The notes: generated by a model from the letters alone, not told the origin. A stretch of 53,166 nucleotides of DNA from Octopus bimaculoides (GCF_001194135.2 NC_068983.1:130903564-130956729), one strand, 5' to 3'. Shown: positions 23,053 to 34,553, counted from the stretch's first letter. Translations and numbers: made by a program.

Positions 23053-25060
23053 TGATAACAACAACAAGAAATAATAGCTAAACCGCTCATAAATCACTTC
23101 TACCGTCCTGAAAAAATGTAAGGATACGTTAGATAATTCAGTTCATTGTCATCAAAAACAATAAAATGGTCATGACAGGAACGCATTTGATCAGAGGTTC
23201 GCTTTGTCACGAACCTGGGACTGAACAACAGCAACAATAATAGTGAGGTCATCCTCACGTGTCTTACAAATTTTGTTCTTACTTAACCCCAGATCATACT
23301 TGATCAAGCAGACTAAGATTAAACATCATAAGTGTTCATGCCATGATTATCTCTTAAATGTAGACACTCTATCCGCGAGTAAAATATGGTATGTAATTTA
23401 GCAATTTTCAGAATAGAAGCTAAGTTCTTGTTTTACTTGTCTGGTACTTTATTTCATCGATTCCGAATGGTTAAAAGCAAGCGTTACCCCGGTGTGAACT
23501 GAAATGAAAAATGTAAAACTCCGAAAAAGTATTTCAAAGCACTTTTACTGTCGCTCTAAGGAATCTGCTAATCCACCAATTTTATCAACTACTAAATAAT
23601 CCAAGGTGGCTATACATTTTAAGACGGTAATTTGAAAGAAATTTCGTTGCTATTTCTAACAAATGAATATGTAAATAGATTCCTTGTTGGTTTGTCGTAG
23701 TTAATATCAACCAGGTACATGGGACTGCTTGAAAGTTCACTGTTTAGACAAAGGCACGAAAGGATCCAACAATATATGAAGCAATGACTGGTCAGCTGCT
23801 TCTCTGGTATGTCTACTGGATCAAGGTTGGCTTGTAGCTAAGCAGCAACTTGTTAACAATAGTAACCAAATATCCTTAGAATCTATGAAAGTTTTGAATA
23901 GAGTAGTCATGCTTACATTATGTTTGGATAAAAGAGAATAGTTACCACCATTGTGTCTTGGATCAAAGCTTTGCTCGATCAAGGCTGATCAAATGTTAAA
24001 CAACAACACGCATAATTTGACAGCTCTATGCAAGTAAACATTAACAGAGTGAATGTGAATATTATTGTTCATGCCTTTCCTCGGTTGTTTGGTTGCGTTA
24101 AGTGATGTGAACTGATTACAGCTAAATAGTAAATACATCTAACAAAATCGGATACTTTGCAGTTAACATTTAGACAGTAGTATCCACTAAATTGCCTGAT
24201 TTTTCCTTGCTGGCAAATAATAAGGTACCTTTTATTTAAAACATTGCCTTCTGACATTATATACTTCATATCTAATTAAGGATATCTTTATTTCAGTAAT
24301 TATTACAAACCGGAACAACCGAAGTATTAGATGAAAAGCATGTAATTCTCTGAATTTATGACACTTTCTCAATGATTATGGTAATCATTATTATTATTAT
24401 TATCATCACAGTTTATTACCGTTCGGACCTTTGATCAACTAACATCAGTTTCCATTGACCGTGTTATAAACCGACATTCCAACATTGAATTAGTGTTTCC
24501 TCAATATTAAATATCTAATCTGGATTACTATATAAACACTATAATTAAGGAGCTCTTTCAATATTTAAGCTTGATGATATCTCGAATATCAGGAATATTC
24601 TTTGATACTAAACGTCACCCACCCAGTCACACATATTTGATCCATATCCAAATCATGAGGCATAAACGAACATTTCTCAAATGAATGTCCATTCGTCTAC
24701 GATGAAAGAAATATTTCACTGATAATATTCCAATCAAACTAAACATAAAATCAGCCACTAGTTTTGAACTTTAATTATATACTTCTTCTATTCTTAGATG
24801 TAAATGCTGATTTCATATAATTTTATTAGAATTCAGCAAATATATATCCGGAAATTAGCGAAATAATGACTGAGTAAGGTAACTGACAACCAGCCAAATG
24901 TCAGCGATTCGCGATTTTTTTTCTCTAATTTTTTTTTAAATAACTAATTGAGTGGGAAAATGGCAGCTGCCGAAGCCTTATCACAAAACTTGTTAATTCT
25001 TCTTAAAGACATTCAGTGGTAAAGTGATTACATTTACCGTGGTAATATTTAAATGAAGCT

Positions 25061-25281
25061 AAGACGGTGAGCTGTCAGAATTGTTAGCACGCCGAGCAAA
25101 ATGCTTAGTAGCAATTCGTCCGTCTTTACGTTCCGAGTTCAAATTCCGCCGAGGTCGACTTTTGCTTTCATCCTTTAGGAGTCTATAAAATAAAATAAGC
25201 ACCAGTCGAGCACTGTGATCAAGGTATTTGACTTTCACCCACCCCCGATATTACACGCATTGTGCCAAAGTTTGAAACCAA
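25061..25281 (+). mobile_element. SINE family B
   Basis: aagacggtgagctgtcagaattgttagcacgccgagcaaaatgcttag..gagttcaaattccgccgaggtcgac..tgtgccaaagtttgaaacc. Confidence 0.9.
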
Positions 25282-25725
25282 TATTTAAATAGAGCTGCCA
25301 CCCAACAACAACAAAAAATAGTCATATTTGGCGACATCTGTATTTTATTTTTACCCAGTTTCATGCACAATGCTTAAAATAATCTAAGAGTGTACTAGAA
25401 GGCACTAGGGACTAGGAAAGATCCTAAAGATCTTTGGAACACGCTAAAGAGTTCTCTCGCTACATTTATTTTTGAACATATTTGTTAACGTTGAACATAT
25501 TGATGCATGTTTTCCAAGGGATACCTAATTCTTCTTTCAACACAGGAAATTATCGGCTTTTGTTTAAATCATGAACAACAGCAACAGCAACAACTATAAC
25601 AACAACAACAACAACAACAACAACAATAATGATAATAATACATTCTAATAGACGCACAAGACCTAAAATTTTTGGAGTGGGGTTGGATTTCGTCGATAAC
25701 TTCAGCGCCAGTGCTTAACTCATAA

Positions 25726-25999
25726 TCTATTGTTCTATATTTAAGAGATGAAGGATTATGTACATTATTTACATTATTTACAATTGACGGATATTTATCT
25801 TCATCTTGTTTGTTGTTAACACACTATTTCGGCTGATATACCCTCCAGCCTTTATCAGGTGTCTTGGGGAAATTTTGAACCTGGTTTCTCATTCCTAAGG
25901 TATTTTTGTTTGTTGGTATTATTATCATTATTATTATTATTATTATTAATATGAAGGTCACTGCCTGGAATCAAACTCTGAATCTTGGGGTTAGTAGCA
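25726..25999 (-). mobile_element. 5'-truncated SINE-like element: tRNA-like arm and B box, (AAT)n spacer, hammerhead-containing tail
   Basis: Minus strand reads gctactaacccc (anticodon-arm-like), GAGTTTGATTCC (B-box-like, 25967-25978), (AAT)n, a unique tail with the hammerhead at 25819-25862, then an AT-rich end. Confidence 0.65.
25819..25862 (-). ncRNA. Minimal type I hammerhead ribozyme motif (mutated core)
   Basis: Minus strand reads ACAC-CTGATAA-A-GGCTGG-agggtata-TCAGCC-GAAA-TAGT-GTGT. Stem I ACAC/GTGT, stem II GGCTG/CAGCC and GAAA are present. G8 is changed to A and stem III is degenerate. Confidence 0.7.
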
Positions 26000-26324
26000 A
26001 CATGCTCCTGAACATTTTGTCTGGCGTGCTCAGGATTCTACAAATTCTCGAAGCTTTCACTGAGAGATTAAAAAGAAAATGTTGTGCGATAGGGACAATA
26101 TGTCAAAGACAAAATGTGATGGATAATAACATTGTATAACGTAAGAAGAACCTTATTAAGATTTTAAAAAAGAAAAACTATCCAATGTAACACAATATTT
26201 GGAAGAAAATAAAACATTAGGCATTACTGCCTCGATTGAGTTTGAGCACTCCACTAATTACTAACTAATCTTTGACTTGTTTACGAGTGTAACTAAAATC
26301 CAAGGTAAGCATTATATATATACT

Positions 26325-26375
26325 CTTTTACTCATTTACTTGTTTCAGTCATTTGACTGTGGCCATGCTGGAGCA

Positions 26376-26458
<83 letters not shown>

Positions 26459-26545
26459 AAAACTTTTAAATCGATCGGGTTGGGGATATAGTAGAAGACA
26501 CTTGCCATGGTGCCACTCAGTAGGACTCAACCCGGAACCAACCAC
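26325..26545 (-). mobile_element. 3' part of a SINE family C copy whose head lies at 28222-28251
   Basis: Reverse complement reads ggttccgggttgagtcctactgagtggcaccatggcaagtgtcttctactata, then (TA)n, then gcggtgctccagcatggccacagtcaaatgactgaaacaagtaa. Confidence 0.8.
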
Positions 26546-26564
26546 CATGAGAATTGACCATAAA

Positions 26565-28211
26565 GGCCTTACCTAGAGGAGACAACACAAGTTGAGAACA
26601 AAATAAATGAATGGAATGACTGAAATTATGCAATGAAAGATGAAATGAAGTCGCTCGGCCCCACTTCAGGGCGACTTCACTGAACCCTTTACAACACCAT
26701 TTGAATTTCCATTTGTAATCAACTTTAGAATACAATTATTTATATTTCACAATTAATCCGCATTATTTTTCATAATGTCTATATTATATTTCTTTAAAAT
26801 GTTCACATACTTTATTCTTTCCGGCATTGTGCTGGTGTTTACTTTTTTGTACCACCACTCGCAGTCATAGTTTTCCATATACTCATGCACCTTCCATAGG
26901 TTATCCAGGTCCGTCAGCACGCAATAATCGTTCTCGGGCAAACCCTTACACCTGCTATATCTACCTTGACTATTCCATCCCACGAATTTACCTCGTTACC
27001 CAGTCCCTTATTCTGTCCATTATACATCTAAAAATATTTTCCTTACAGGGCGGGGTTGGGTAACTTTGAGGCTCATGTGTGTTTGCAATTATTTTTTTGC
27101 CAGACTGGGCATAGGAAGGTTGGTTTCTGTAGGGAGTGGTTAGGGTAGAGCGTGTGTGGATGGGGGTCGGGTGGATGGTGGGTCATTCTTTACCACAGGA
27201 GTCCTCTTTCTTCTTTTCCTTTTCTTCTTCTCTGCCATCTCCCAGCTGTCATTTGTCTCTTCTTCCTCCATGGTCATGTTTTTTTCCTCCACGGGCTCTG
27301 GAGCACTTACCACTCTTTCACTCTCTTCAGCCGTTTCCAGTGGTGGAGGGTATTCTGCTCTAATGTGGCCTTTCAGACTACATTTATCCCACTGCAGAAT
27401 TCTTCCCTCCACTCTAACTTTCAAAGTAGTTTCACCCACTAAGATGTTTTCTACCATCTTTTACAGGTCTTCCTCCGCGACCTGTACCATAATTTCAAGA
27501 GTTTGCCCTCTTCAATTCTTTTGGGGCATTCTGGTGGCCTGTAGGACTACCACCTTCTCCTCCATGTCCAGCAGTATGGCAGCCACCTGCCAGGATACAT
27601 TCACATCTAGTAGTATGTCTTCCACCCGAACCCTGGAAGTACGTCTCCCAAGGTACACGAGTAGAAGCACCACCTAGTCTGTCTTCAGCAGTGTGGCCGA
27701 GTACAGTCTGGCTGTTGTTATCTCCTTAAACTGCACCTCCACCGTTCTATATTTTCGTTCCCTGGCAAGGTATGCTATCTCCTGCCAGACAGACCTCAGT
27801 GCCTTTTTCCACCTGTGCCTCCGACACCACTTCAGTTTTCCTTGTTGCTGTGGCGTAGGTTTTATAGACAAGCGTCCTTTCTTCCTAGTCCATTAATACT
27901 TTCTGTGGAGGAGGGGACACCTTCACATCATTCCCCTCCGTTTCGAGCATTTCCTTGAACTCACACAACTCTTCCAGACTGATTTCTTCAATTTCTTCTA
28001 TAGCTACCACTGCATGATTCCTCTTCTCCATTTCCTTGTCCATCTTGTTCAAGTATTTAACTAATTTCTCCACAGACGAATCACATTCTAGGGAAGAGCA
28101 CTTTAACTTCTCCCAACTTCTCGCTCGACGCCCCTCCATTATACAAGAGGAAAAACGTCTCTCCACCAGGACAGCCAAAACACGTGCTTACCAAACAAAT
28201 GCAACTGAACA
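26565..28211 (-). mobile_element. ORF1-only LINE-like element (gag/CCHC-knuckle ORF1 relic, L1/Tx1-like by inference); no EN or RT
   Basis: One decayed reading across 28178 to 27140 and on to about 26753: Glu-rich helical N-terminus, EIAYLARERKYRTVEVQFKE, RVRVEDI (RRM-like strands), WDKCSLKGHIRAEYP (eroded C-x2-C-x4-H-x4-C) and an acidic/basic WEMAEKKKRKRRKR tail. Flanked by the direct repeat ACCATAAA at 26557-26564 and 28212-28219. Confidence 0.7.
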
Positions 28212-28221
28212 ACCATAAACC

Positions 28222-28251
28222 GGAAGCGAGTTTCTTACCACACAGCCACGC
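28222..28251 (-). mobile_element. Detached 5' head of SINE family C
   Basis: Reverse complement gcgtggctgtgtggtaagaaactcgcttcc matches the head at 51752 (gtggctgtgtggtaagaagcttgcttcc). Confidence 0.75.
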
Positions 28252-28767
28252 TTATGACTGTTTGCTCATCTATTCTAATATTAGACGTAATGAGATCTTC
28301 CGCGCCCTCCTCAGTGTTTTGGATGACGGTGCTCTCAAAAACGGGGCTTGTTGCTTTTTACTTAGTCGATTTTTTCTTAGTCTTGCTAGTCCTTCACTAC
28401 TATTACTAAAGGAGTAGGAGGTGCGTGCACTCACGGTCGCTAGATTGTGTGTTCGATTCTTGGACTGAGCAGTGTGTTGTGTTCTTGAGCAAAATGCTTC
28501 ATTTCACGTTACTCTAGCGCTGTGTGGCAACCGACTGTCTGAAAGAATAGACCCAACCTTTCCTCTGTAAGTGATAAAAGGTGACCAAAGGAGATTAAAA
28601 TAGGTTCGTATTCCGACCTCGTAAGATCCTCAGCAGCAACGTTTTCCCCAAAAGACCAATGGCTGGTGTGATGGCACCCGAGTGGTGCAAAAGTGTCCTC
28701 TGACAGGAGTAAGGAATCACCAGTAAATGGTGGATGCAGGTGATACGCTGTTACAGAGCATGCTTCC

Positions 28768-28828
<61 letters not shown>

Positions 28829-28895
28829 CAGCAACAGTAGTAGCAGCAGCATAGTAGTAGTAGTAGTAGTAGCAGCAACAGTAGTAGCAGCAGCA

Positions 28896-28978
<83 letters not shown>

Positions 28979-29030
28979 TTACCACTACTACTGTTGATAC
29001 TGCTTCTACTTCTAGTACTACTACTGCTGC
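28768..29030. repeat. (TAG)n/(TAC)n microsatellite with a perfect palindromic junction
   Basis: (GTA)n switches to its complement (CTA)n at 28941/28942. Confidence 0.95.
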
Positions 29031-29073
29031 TAATCTAATGTGAGAGCTTCTCTCGTGGTACCTATCGCAGTGT

Positions 29074-29455
29074 GGAGGCGCAATCGCCCAGTGGTTAGGG
29101 CAGCAGACTCGCGGTCATAGGATCGCGGTTTCGATTCCCAGACCGGGCGTTGTGAGTGTTTATTGAGCGAAAACACCTAAAGCTCCACGAGGCTCCGGCA
29201 GGGGATGGTGGCGAACCCTGCTGTATTCTTCCACCACAACTTTCTCTCACTCTTTCTTCCTGTTTCTTCTGTGCCTGTAATTCAAAGGGTCAGCCTTGTC
29301 ACACTGTGTCACGCTGAATATCCCCGAGAACTACGTTAAGGGCACACGTGTCTGTGGAGTGCTCAGCCACTTGCACGTTAATTTCACGATAGGCTGTTCC
29401 GTTGATCGGATCAACTAGAACCCTCAACGTCGTAAGCGACGGAGTGCCAACAACA
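29074..29455 (+). mobile_element. SINE family A with a 10-bp TSD
   Basis: ggaggcgcaatcgcccagtggttagggcagc..ggtttcgattcccagacc..ggagtgccaacaac. The direct repeat ACCTATCGCA lies at 29060-29069 and 29456-29465. Confidence 0.93.
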
Positions 29456-29994
29456 ACCTATCGCAATACAGTTTGTTCCAACAGAACATCCACGTTCAAG
29501 TGAGGATAAATATTACCTCCCACTCAGTATTGATACTGCATTTGTCACTGATAAAAACATAAAATGTTTGAAGAAAACTATGACGACTTTGTAACAGTCT
29601 CGTAAAAAGTCTATATTCATACTCTGACATCAGGCACAATGTACAATCTGACCTTTTGAACTATTTGCTTCTGAACCACTGATTAATTTCATTCGCCTTA
29701 CGTACGTAGGATTGTCAAGCTAAGGGCTCATAGAAATTATCTGTGACGCAGACGGTATCTGCTTAACAGACCTAACTGTAACGTTCCAGTCAGCACGTTC
29801 ATACTTTCCACTACAGTCTATAAAATTGGGGGTGGTAGGCCGTTATAGTATATATTCTAATTATACAACTTGTCCAAGACAACAGAGAAGTATTTAAAAA
29901 TAAACAGACGAATTTACACACCAACGCAATACCGACTGTTCAAGCTTGATATATTGTGTGAAGAAGGGAGAAGAGATACTGGTGATAGGGGAAG

Positions 29995-30004
29995 ATGAAG
30001 AGGC

Positions 30005-30059
<55 letters not shown>

Positions 30060-30500
30060 GAAGAAGAAGAAGAAGAAGAAGAAGAAGAAGAATGAGAAGA
30101 AGAAGAAGAAGAAGAAGAAGAAGAAGAAGAAGAAGAAGAAGAAGAATGAGAAGAAGAAGAAGAAGAATGAGAAGAAGAAGAATGAGAANNNNNNNNNNGA
30201 AGAAGAAGAATGAGAAGAAGAAGAAGAAGAATGAGAAGAAGAAGAATGAGAAGAAGAAGAAGAAGAAGAAGAAGAAGAAGAAGAAGAAGAATTAGAAGAA
30301 GTAGAAGAAGAAGAAGAAGAAGTGGAGAAGAAGTGGAGAAGAAGAAGAAGAAGAAGAAGCAGAAGTGGAGAAGAAGAAGAAGAAGAAGAAGAAGAAGAAG
30401 AAGAAGAAGAAGAAGAGGAGGAAGAAGAAGAAGTGGAGAAGGAGGAGAGAAAGAAGTGGAAGAAGAAGAAATGGAAAAAGAAGAGGAAGTAGAAAAAGAT
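29995..30500. repeat. (GAT)n then a long (GAA)n purine tract
   Basis: Direct reading; the source of the poly-M/K/R/E pseudo-ORFs. Confidence 0.95.
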
Positions 30501-30587
30501 TAATGAGTTTAGATTGGCACACAGTGATAAATTTCTGAAGATATTGCAAAGTACATGTCGACTATATATCCCCTAAATGCTTCAGCT

Positions 30588-30618
<31 letters not shown>

Positions 30619-31736
30619 ATGATGATGTTGATAGCGTTGATGATGTGGAGGAAGAGGGGTTGGGGTAAGTGTGGATAATGCTGATAGAGATGATGATGAC
30701 GGTAATAGGGATAGCGCTAGTGATGTAATAATGAAGACGTTTTATTTTATCACTTGTAAATAAGTAGGTGTTATAATGTTGTTCTTCCAGCTTACATAAA
30801 ACTAAACGTGACTTCCTCTAGTTATAGAGTTGTCAGCAGGAAAGGCATCCAACTGAAAATAAAACAAATTGTATACTTCATGAATGAAACAGGTATTTCA
30901 TGGATGTGTTTCCTACACAGGCAATAACTTACTAAAATGGAATAAAATACAAAATTAATAAATAAGATACAGAAAGAAAAAGCAACGTGAATGATATTAG
31001 ATTGAAAATCTAATATAAAAATTCGTGTAACCCAACAAGGGGAAAACGTGATAATGTATTAGTTTATTCAATGTACTTATCTCAATTTTATTATAAATCC
31101 AAATGTAGTGGTACAAAACGTGACATGTACTGAAACACATAAATGCAATTCCGTGGGAGAATGTTAAAATAAAGATTGTTGGTTCAATGGATTGTTGAAA
31201 GCCGTATTCGAGATCTAAAGTGATCCATTCTTTCACCGAGTGGGCTTTCACCAACAAACTCAATTGTCGTTCTTTGTTCTTCTGTTTCTTTACTATGTAG
31301 TAGATTCTATAGTTCTTGTCAGTTATTGAATTAGTCTCTTCAATGTTTTATGAATTATAAGATATGAGAAGACGCTTGTACGTATCAAATGCTGCTTAAC
31401 AAATTTCTTGCATTTACCTTCAAGTATTGTTTAAATAGTTTCTCTGTACTGGAAATGTTACGTTTCAGTGCGAGAGTGTAAGACTGCTGAATAAAAGGTT
31501 TATTCTGCCATTGGCCATGCTCACCTGGCTAACAAATACATTTCACTAAAGACAACGAACGAATGCATCTATTTGGTCGTTACATCTACTAGAAATAGCA
31601 GCCATATATCCCACATCAAATTTCACTGCCTTAAAATTATGAAAAGATATTGAATAAAATAATCATAAAGACTTGTAAATACGAGACAGGCATGGATGGA
31701 AAGCCTTTGATTCTATGTCTCTTCGACTGAGGTGGT

Positions 31737-31782
<46 letters not shown>

Positions 31783-31861
31783 ACGCGTGTGTGGGTCTAT
31801 GACAAGAATGGGATTGCTAGATCTAAATGTCTCTTGGTGCCGGGAATATTACGTATTCTCT

Positions 31862-32511
31862 TTTTTTTACTCTTTTACTTGTTTCAGTCATTTGACTGGC
31901 CATGCTGGAGCACCACCTTTAGTCGAGCAAATCGACCCCAAGACTTAATCTTTGTAAGCCTAGTACTTATTTTATCGGTCTCTTTTGCCGAACTGCTAGG
32001 TTACGGGGACGTAAACACACCAGCATCGGTTGTCAAGCGATGATGGGGTTAAAAACACAGACACACACAAACATANNNNNNNNNNNNNNNNNNNNNNNNN
32101 NNNNNNNNNNNNNNNNNNNNNNNNNNNNNNNNNNNNNNNNNNNNNNNNNNNNNNNNNNNNNNNNNNNNNNNNNNNNNNNNNNNNNNNNNNNNNNNNNNNN
32201 NNNNNNNNNNNNNNNNNNNNNNNNNNNNNNNNNNNNNNNNNNNNNNNNNNNNNNNNNNNNNNNNNNNNNNNNNNNNNNNNNNNNNNNNNNNNNNNNNNNN
32301 NNNNNNNNNNNNNNNNNNNNNNNNNNNNNNACATATATATATATATATACATATATACGATGGGCTTCTTTCAGTTTCCGTTTATCAAATCCACACACAA
32401 GATTTTGGTCGGCCCGAGGCTATAGTAGAAGACACTTGCCCAAGGTGCCACGAAGTGGGACTGAACCCGGAACCATGTAGTTGGTAAACAAGCTACTTAC
32501 CACACAGCCAC
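31862..32511 (-). mobile_element. SINE family C spanning an N gap
   Basis: Tail at 31862-32075 and head at 32355-32511 are reverse complements of 51752-52143. The gap falls in the internal (TA)n spacer. Confidence 0.9.
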
Positions 32512-33919
32512 ATAAATAGTTTATTTTTCTCTCCTCTGCAGATCTTATCGCGTAGCCTATGCAATTCTTTAACAGAATCAAAACAAGAATGCATTACAGG
32601 GCAGTTGTTACACAACGAAATTCCTGTTGTTAACCTAAATCTGTTTCTGACTATATTAGCTTTGTTTCTTATCAGTAACTCAGTAGACATTATTGTTGTC
32701 GATCTTTTAACGTCATCGACTATAACACTTGGAAACTTGTGTAATAGCTTTGGTATAAATGAGGTAGAAAGTCAAATACTTTCATATAGTCTAGCCATAC
32801 TGTCAAATTTCAGCGGTGTTGCTTCACTTCCTAAAAAAAAATCATATTCGTTGAAATGCAGTTCGCTAGAACTCCAGACCTCATTCTTCTCTTCCGGCCG
32901 GTCATCACACTTTGTTTATGTCATGGGGATTCTGCTTGCATGCATTATATAATATGTATATAATAGTGTATGTATGTATGTATAGAAACTTATTTCACTG
33001 CCATAATAAAGTATTAACTATATGACAATCCAATTAATAAATATTACACGAGATTAAATTTTACTGTGCTTTCGGCACTATTTTTAAGTGGAAATTATAC
33101 AAAAATGAATCTTCTTTCCTCTTTGAAATTAACATTAATTTTATTAAAAACACTTTTAATTTATATATAAGTGTAATTTAGTTTTATTTGTTTAACTTAT
33201 AAAAATGCTAGGTAATCAGTGATTTTACTAATTAATTGTAAATATGAATATTGCAAATTCTATCGATTAGAATTTTATTGCTTCCTGCATTAAATATTAA
33301 ATGTTTTATCACCAACGTTATTGTTTAAAATAGAGACCGCTTGACATTAAATTTGTTACTGTGATTCTTTGTTTTATTGAAAAAATAATAACCAAATTAG
33401 TTTATGAATTCTTCATTTTATTTATATGTTAAATTATACTGAAGAATATTTCCTTAGAAATTTTATGCTTTCGGCTTCTGTCATTGATTAATTGTCCCTA
33501 AGCTCAGTACACATGGTCGCAGCTACACGACACATTTAACATTTCATAATGAAATTCTAAATCACTAACTTTCGATTCTAAATGGATTTGAGCTTGACTC
33601 GATGCATCAGCTATTTGATATCAATAAAATAATTATCATTATTTAATTGATATCGATTATATCAAGTACATTGTATATGGAGTAAGTGAATTTACTGAAA
33701 TATTTATAAATAATATGACAAGTTATAATATTAACATTTCTGCGGTTGTGTAAAGAATAGTAATATCTAATTGATGTTTCTACGTACTACCCTCGAACTC
33801 GCAAGATTTATGCTGTAAATGTTCAGTTAAAACAGTTGTCTATGAATGTTAGCAAGATGACTGTTAATGCACAATCAAATAACAAAAAGCGTCATTGATA
33901 TAATTACCAGTTTCATAAT

Positions 33920-34050
33920 CTCACTGATTATAATTAATGCACAGATTATAATGAACGCAAACATTCCAATGAATACACTGATTGTAATGAACACAATAAT
34001 TATAATGAACACGATAATTATAACGAACACAATAGTTATACTGAATACAA
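33920..34050. repeat. 18-bp minisatellite, at least 6 copies (AATGAACACAATAATTAT-like)
   Basis: atgaa(c/t) recurs at 33951, 33969, 33987, 34005, 34023 and 34041. Confidence 0.85.
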
Positions 34051-34480
34051 AGTTCTCCTCAACAAATGACCCACTTCTTAAAAACAATAAATGTTTATTT
34101 CATTTTGCACTTTTAAGAAACCTAAGAATTCTTTTAGCTCTTACTCTTACGAGCACACTCGTATGAAATCTTAATTGTTACGTTATAGTTATCGATAACA
34201 AAAGCTAACAAATTAATAAGAAACTACTATTTTACTTTGTAAATATGTACGGGAGTGCATCATTAAATGCCTGAGGTTAGCGATCTGATAACCAGCGAGT
34301 GAGGTGTAAGATTATTCTACCTGCGCATGGTTGAGCTGTCAGTAATTCCACCGGTAATACCAACCGAACCAGCTTGGTAAAATTAGTAATTTTAGTTCAC
34401 CCTGTGGCATAGAAAATGATTCTGAAAAGCGGTGGATGATTTCAGGAAAGCCCAACACCCAATATATTTATGTGTATGTG

Positions 34481-34553
<73 letters not shown>

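Larger units (their letters stand above)
25630..26056 (-). mobile_element. SINE family B split by a nested insertion (tail about 25630-25725, head about 26000-26056)
   Basis: Reverse complement of 26000-26056 is a B head (gtagaatcctgagcacgccagacaaaatg). Reverse complement of 25630-25725 is a B tail (aagcactgg..atcgac..aaaaattttaggtcttgtgcgtctattagaat). Confidence 0.65.

Noticed and set aside
29074-29145. tRNA gene calls for SINE heads (also at 6168, 9965-10038, 34769 and 51752)
   Set aside because: They have A/B boxes but no complete cloverleaf, and each continues into a SINE body.
30997-31263. Hydrophobic 88-aa minus ORF as a receptor/GPCR fragment
   Set aside because: No family motif or splice support. 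Hydrophobicity is explained by T-rich composition.
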